23,511 bases of DNA from Macrostomum lignano (lineage: Eukaryota), in NCBI GenBank assembly GCA_002269645.1, contig NIVC01000603.1:1-23511 (forward strand), given 5' to 3'. This document shows positions 20,950 through 23,511 of this stretch, piece after piece. The notes under the pieces are model-generated. The model did no database searches. It was given only the letters and a program-made list of their open reading frames with translations, and was not told the origin of the DNA. Each line of letters opens with the position of its first letter. Within the stretch, counting starts at the first letter, position 1. The position numbers and the translations under genes are program-made.

Positions 20950-23166
20950 ACAGCACGGTAACGAAGGTTGAAACTCGAGTGGAGTTCACCTGGCAGGTGT
21001 AGCTGCCGGAGTGCTGCCGCAGCGCCCTGTTGATCCCAGCTCCGGGCCCGCACTGCAGTTCCCATCTGGTTGGCACAGCTGCATGCCGCTTGTGTTGTTC
21101 CAATGATCTCCGAACCATTGAAGTACAGCGTGCAGCTCACTGCAAAACTGTCGTTCTCGGCTGCTGTTTGCGCATGCGAGGATGCTGAAAATGCAACACG
21201 TTATGGTTGCTTTTTGTCTATTAATTGTATTTAAATATGGAGACAAGCAATGACACTCAGCTCACACAGCACTGTGACGGAAGTTGACTCTGCGGCAGAG
21301 CCAAGCTGGCAGGTGTAGAGGCCAGAGTGCTGCGACTGTGCCTTCACAACCGACAGCTTCCAGGTTTTCGTGCAGTTTCCGTCTGGTTGGCACAGCTGCA
21401 GCTGCCTTGAGTTCGTGCTCAACTCCGTGCCGTTGCATAGAATGCACGAGCAGCTCACGTTAAAGCTTTCGTTTGCAGCAACAAGTTGGTCTGTCGATGG
21501 TACTGCAAATCAAGTCATATAAATTTATACTTTAATGCTATAATGCTATTTACCGTGGCAGTTCTCGTGTCATTCATGACCCATGAAGGCCAGCCCCAAT
21601 GCACAGAGAGTGCACAAGCCTGATGACTAGAAAGTCAGGCCAAAGCCCACAATATTATCAGATATTTTCATGCCACTTTTGAGGCTTCTCTGGTCTTCAA
21701 GTGCTTTGGGAAAGTCCACAGCCTCACCCAGGCGCACTGTCTGCAGCGTCAGATCTGAGACGCTCAGATAGCCGTAGTCTCTGGCTGAGAAGCTCAGGCT
21801 CACGTTTCTCCTGAGGAGCAGATACCGGACCTGGGATGTTGCACTCAACATTTTGAGATCCGGGTGAGATGAACTAATTAAGCACATAATCTCTGTAGCA
21901 TCAATGCTCACCTCTGCAAGACAGTCCACCATGTAGAGCCCATTACGTGTGCTACTCATCGACCTATTTGTAGTGACACCGCAACGCTTCCAACTGCTCA
22001 GGTACTTATTAAACTGTTTGCTCATATTTTTTGAGTTGCAGTGATTGCCAGAAAACAGTTGCTCCTCTGAGTTCGAAGTCCAGATCTCGATGCCAGCTGA
22101 GCTGCGGAACATTTCAGCATCCGAGAAGACTGAAATTATTGCCAGATCAACGAGATTGTAAAAATACCGGAAGAAAGAGGGTTTCAGGAATGCTGCAGTG
22201 ATTTAGTTTCATAAGCGAACCGATGACTTTAGGGTTAAATTACAGCATCCAGCTTAGACAGTCAATAAAAAGCAGCTGCTGTTTTTTATGAAATCAACCA
22301 ACTAGCCAAGAGTCCTGCTTGGACTCAACCGCAGGGACATCAGGGCCGTGACCATGGACCTCTCGGTCATGGCTGTTTTGCCAGGCATCGTTACCTTCAG
22401 GAAAAATCCGTAGCGAGGAATGATGCCCTTTCTGCCTCTCCGGTGTCGAGAATGCGGAGCACTTCATCTGTGAATGCTCCGCCTTTACTCAGGACAGGCT
22501 TCACCTACCTCAGCCCAAACTCGGACCTCTCCGACGTTTTCAGGCCCGAGAATCTCTGCCAGCTCGTCCGCTACCTAAGGGCTACCGCGCTGCGGACACT
22601 GGCACCACCGGATCTCCCTGCAGAACACCGCAGCACCAGCTTCCCTGGTCGCCAGGGGTTCGCAAAATGGGCGCGCGACGCCTCGCTGCATCCGGATGCC
22701 CGGACTCCCTGAAGCTATGTCAAGTAAGTTAACCAACTAGTCAATCAGTGCTTCATAAAACTGGTCTGTGGTGTAACTCACCCTCGCTGCCTTCACTGTC
22801 ACAGAACCGATGAGCACTGACTCACTCAGCTGCACAGCGAACCAGTGAAATCCGCTATCGTTAAAATGCTTTTTGTCATTGCTGTGAATGAACTGAAAAC
22901 TTTGGCTTGTGTTCAGAACATTGCTCTCATTCAGCTGGTCTCTCTCGTGAAAGCAAGAATAGAAATAAGAGGACTGCAGGCGTTGAGTACAGTCTTGTTG
23001 CGAATCGGCACCCCACCTGCAACATAGGAACTTGAGAAGTTAGAAATCCATTTCGCTTGAAAAAACACCCTGGAGGGTTTAAAAAGCTTTCACTCACAGT
23101 CGCAGAGACAGGTAGCGATGCAGAGCAGAGCCCTAACAGGGATATCAGCGCTGCAGCTTCCATCAT
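20950..23166 (-). CDS. Receptor copy A, exons 1-6 (signal peptide, lectin-like domain, 2 Ig); frameshifted as assembled
   Basis: Exons 23166/23163-23098, 23016-22782, 22096-21912, 21830-21728, 21502-21266, 21184-20950 with the same splice sites as copy B. Five 1-bp deletions versus B (exon 1 x1, exon 2 x2, exon 6 x2). About 570 aa with exons 7-10 if corrected. Confidence 0.75.
22306..22730 (+). mobile_element. Duplicate of the 5'-truncated LINE, intron 2 of copy A
   Basis: Same 10-bp TSD AACCAACTAG at 22296-22305 and 22731-22740; near-identical to 3080-3502. Confidence 0.85.
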
Positions 23167-23401
23167 GCAGACACTTGCTGATCACTTCAAAGCAATTCTG
23201 TCGTTAGTACAACAAGCGCAGCAAAAAAGAATCCATTTTGATCTTGTGTCATGGCTTTTGTATTTGGCTGCAGAAACCATTGATGCAGGCTGCAGTCGCA
23301 AGTTCTGTTCCGGCAGGTGGTGACTACAAGTTCCATCTGTGTATAAGACTGCAAGTTGAAATAAAATGTTTACAAAACTCTCTGGCTGCAGCTTAGCCAA
23401 A

Positions 23402-23429
23402 CAAGGACTTCAGATAATAGAAGTCCTTG
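23402..23429. mobile_element. 28-bp hairpin insertion with 5-bp target duplication
   Basis: CAAGGACTTC-AGATAATA-GAAGTCCTTG flanked by CCAAA (23397-23401, 23430-23434); copy B has a single CCAAA at 4165-4169. Confidence 0.75.
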
Positions 23430-23511
23430 CCAAACTGAACTTGGTTTGAATAAGCGACGAAAATCAATATTTGGGTTTCTTGGCTCCGATGGGGACTGAG
23501 TTTGCTTGGCC

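Larger units (their letters stand above)
20752..23511. repeat. Direct segmental duplicate of ~1595-4251 (14765-14804 additionally matches ~1557-1599)
   Basis: Near-identical colinear sequence at an offset of about 19.2 kb, including exons, introns, the LINE and upstream DNA. Confidence 0.98.

Noticed and set aside
1772-23511. Diversity-generating retroelement (RT + near-identical repeats + lectin-like target)
   Set aside because: RT is DIRS/Ngaro type with RNase H and YR; the duplicate is a multi-kb intron-containing segment and its differences are not adenine-specific.

Overview
Animal (invertebrate-type) genomic DNA with short GT-AG introns, mostly 62-81 nt; not prokaryotic. Species cannot be determined from sequence alone. 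The core is a minus-strand tandem cluster of a spliced type I membrane receptor gene, rebuilt exon by exon: signal peptide, divergent F-type-lectin-like (F5/8C fold) domain, two atypical Ig domains, further Ig-like stalk, TM helix, and a short tail with three Tyr. Copy A (23166->13780) has the full exon set but five single-base deletions. Copy B (3938->1772, runs off the left edge) is open throughout. A decayed third paralog lies at ~4560-6220. Repeats and mobile DNA: 34-bp minisatellite (1-1555), 5'-truncated LINE in both copies, 387-bp CMC/EnSpm-like MITE, 33/45-bp array, 5.6-kb (GGATCA)n array with higher-order structure, a dead Ngaro-like tyrosine-recombinase retrotransposon (14805-18529), a 2.2-kb probable solo LTR (18530-20747) with a bZIP-site-rich promoter, and a 28-bp hairpin insertion. 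Domain calls are by-eye motif matches; no database searches were run.
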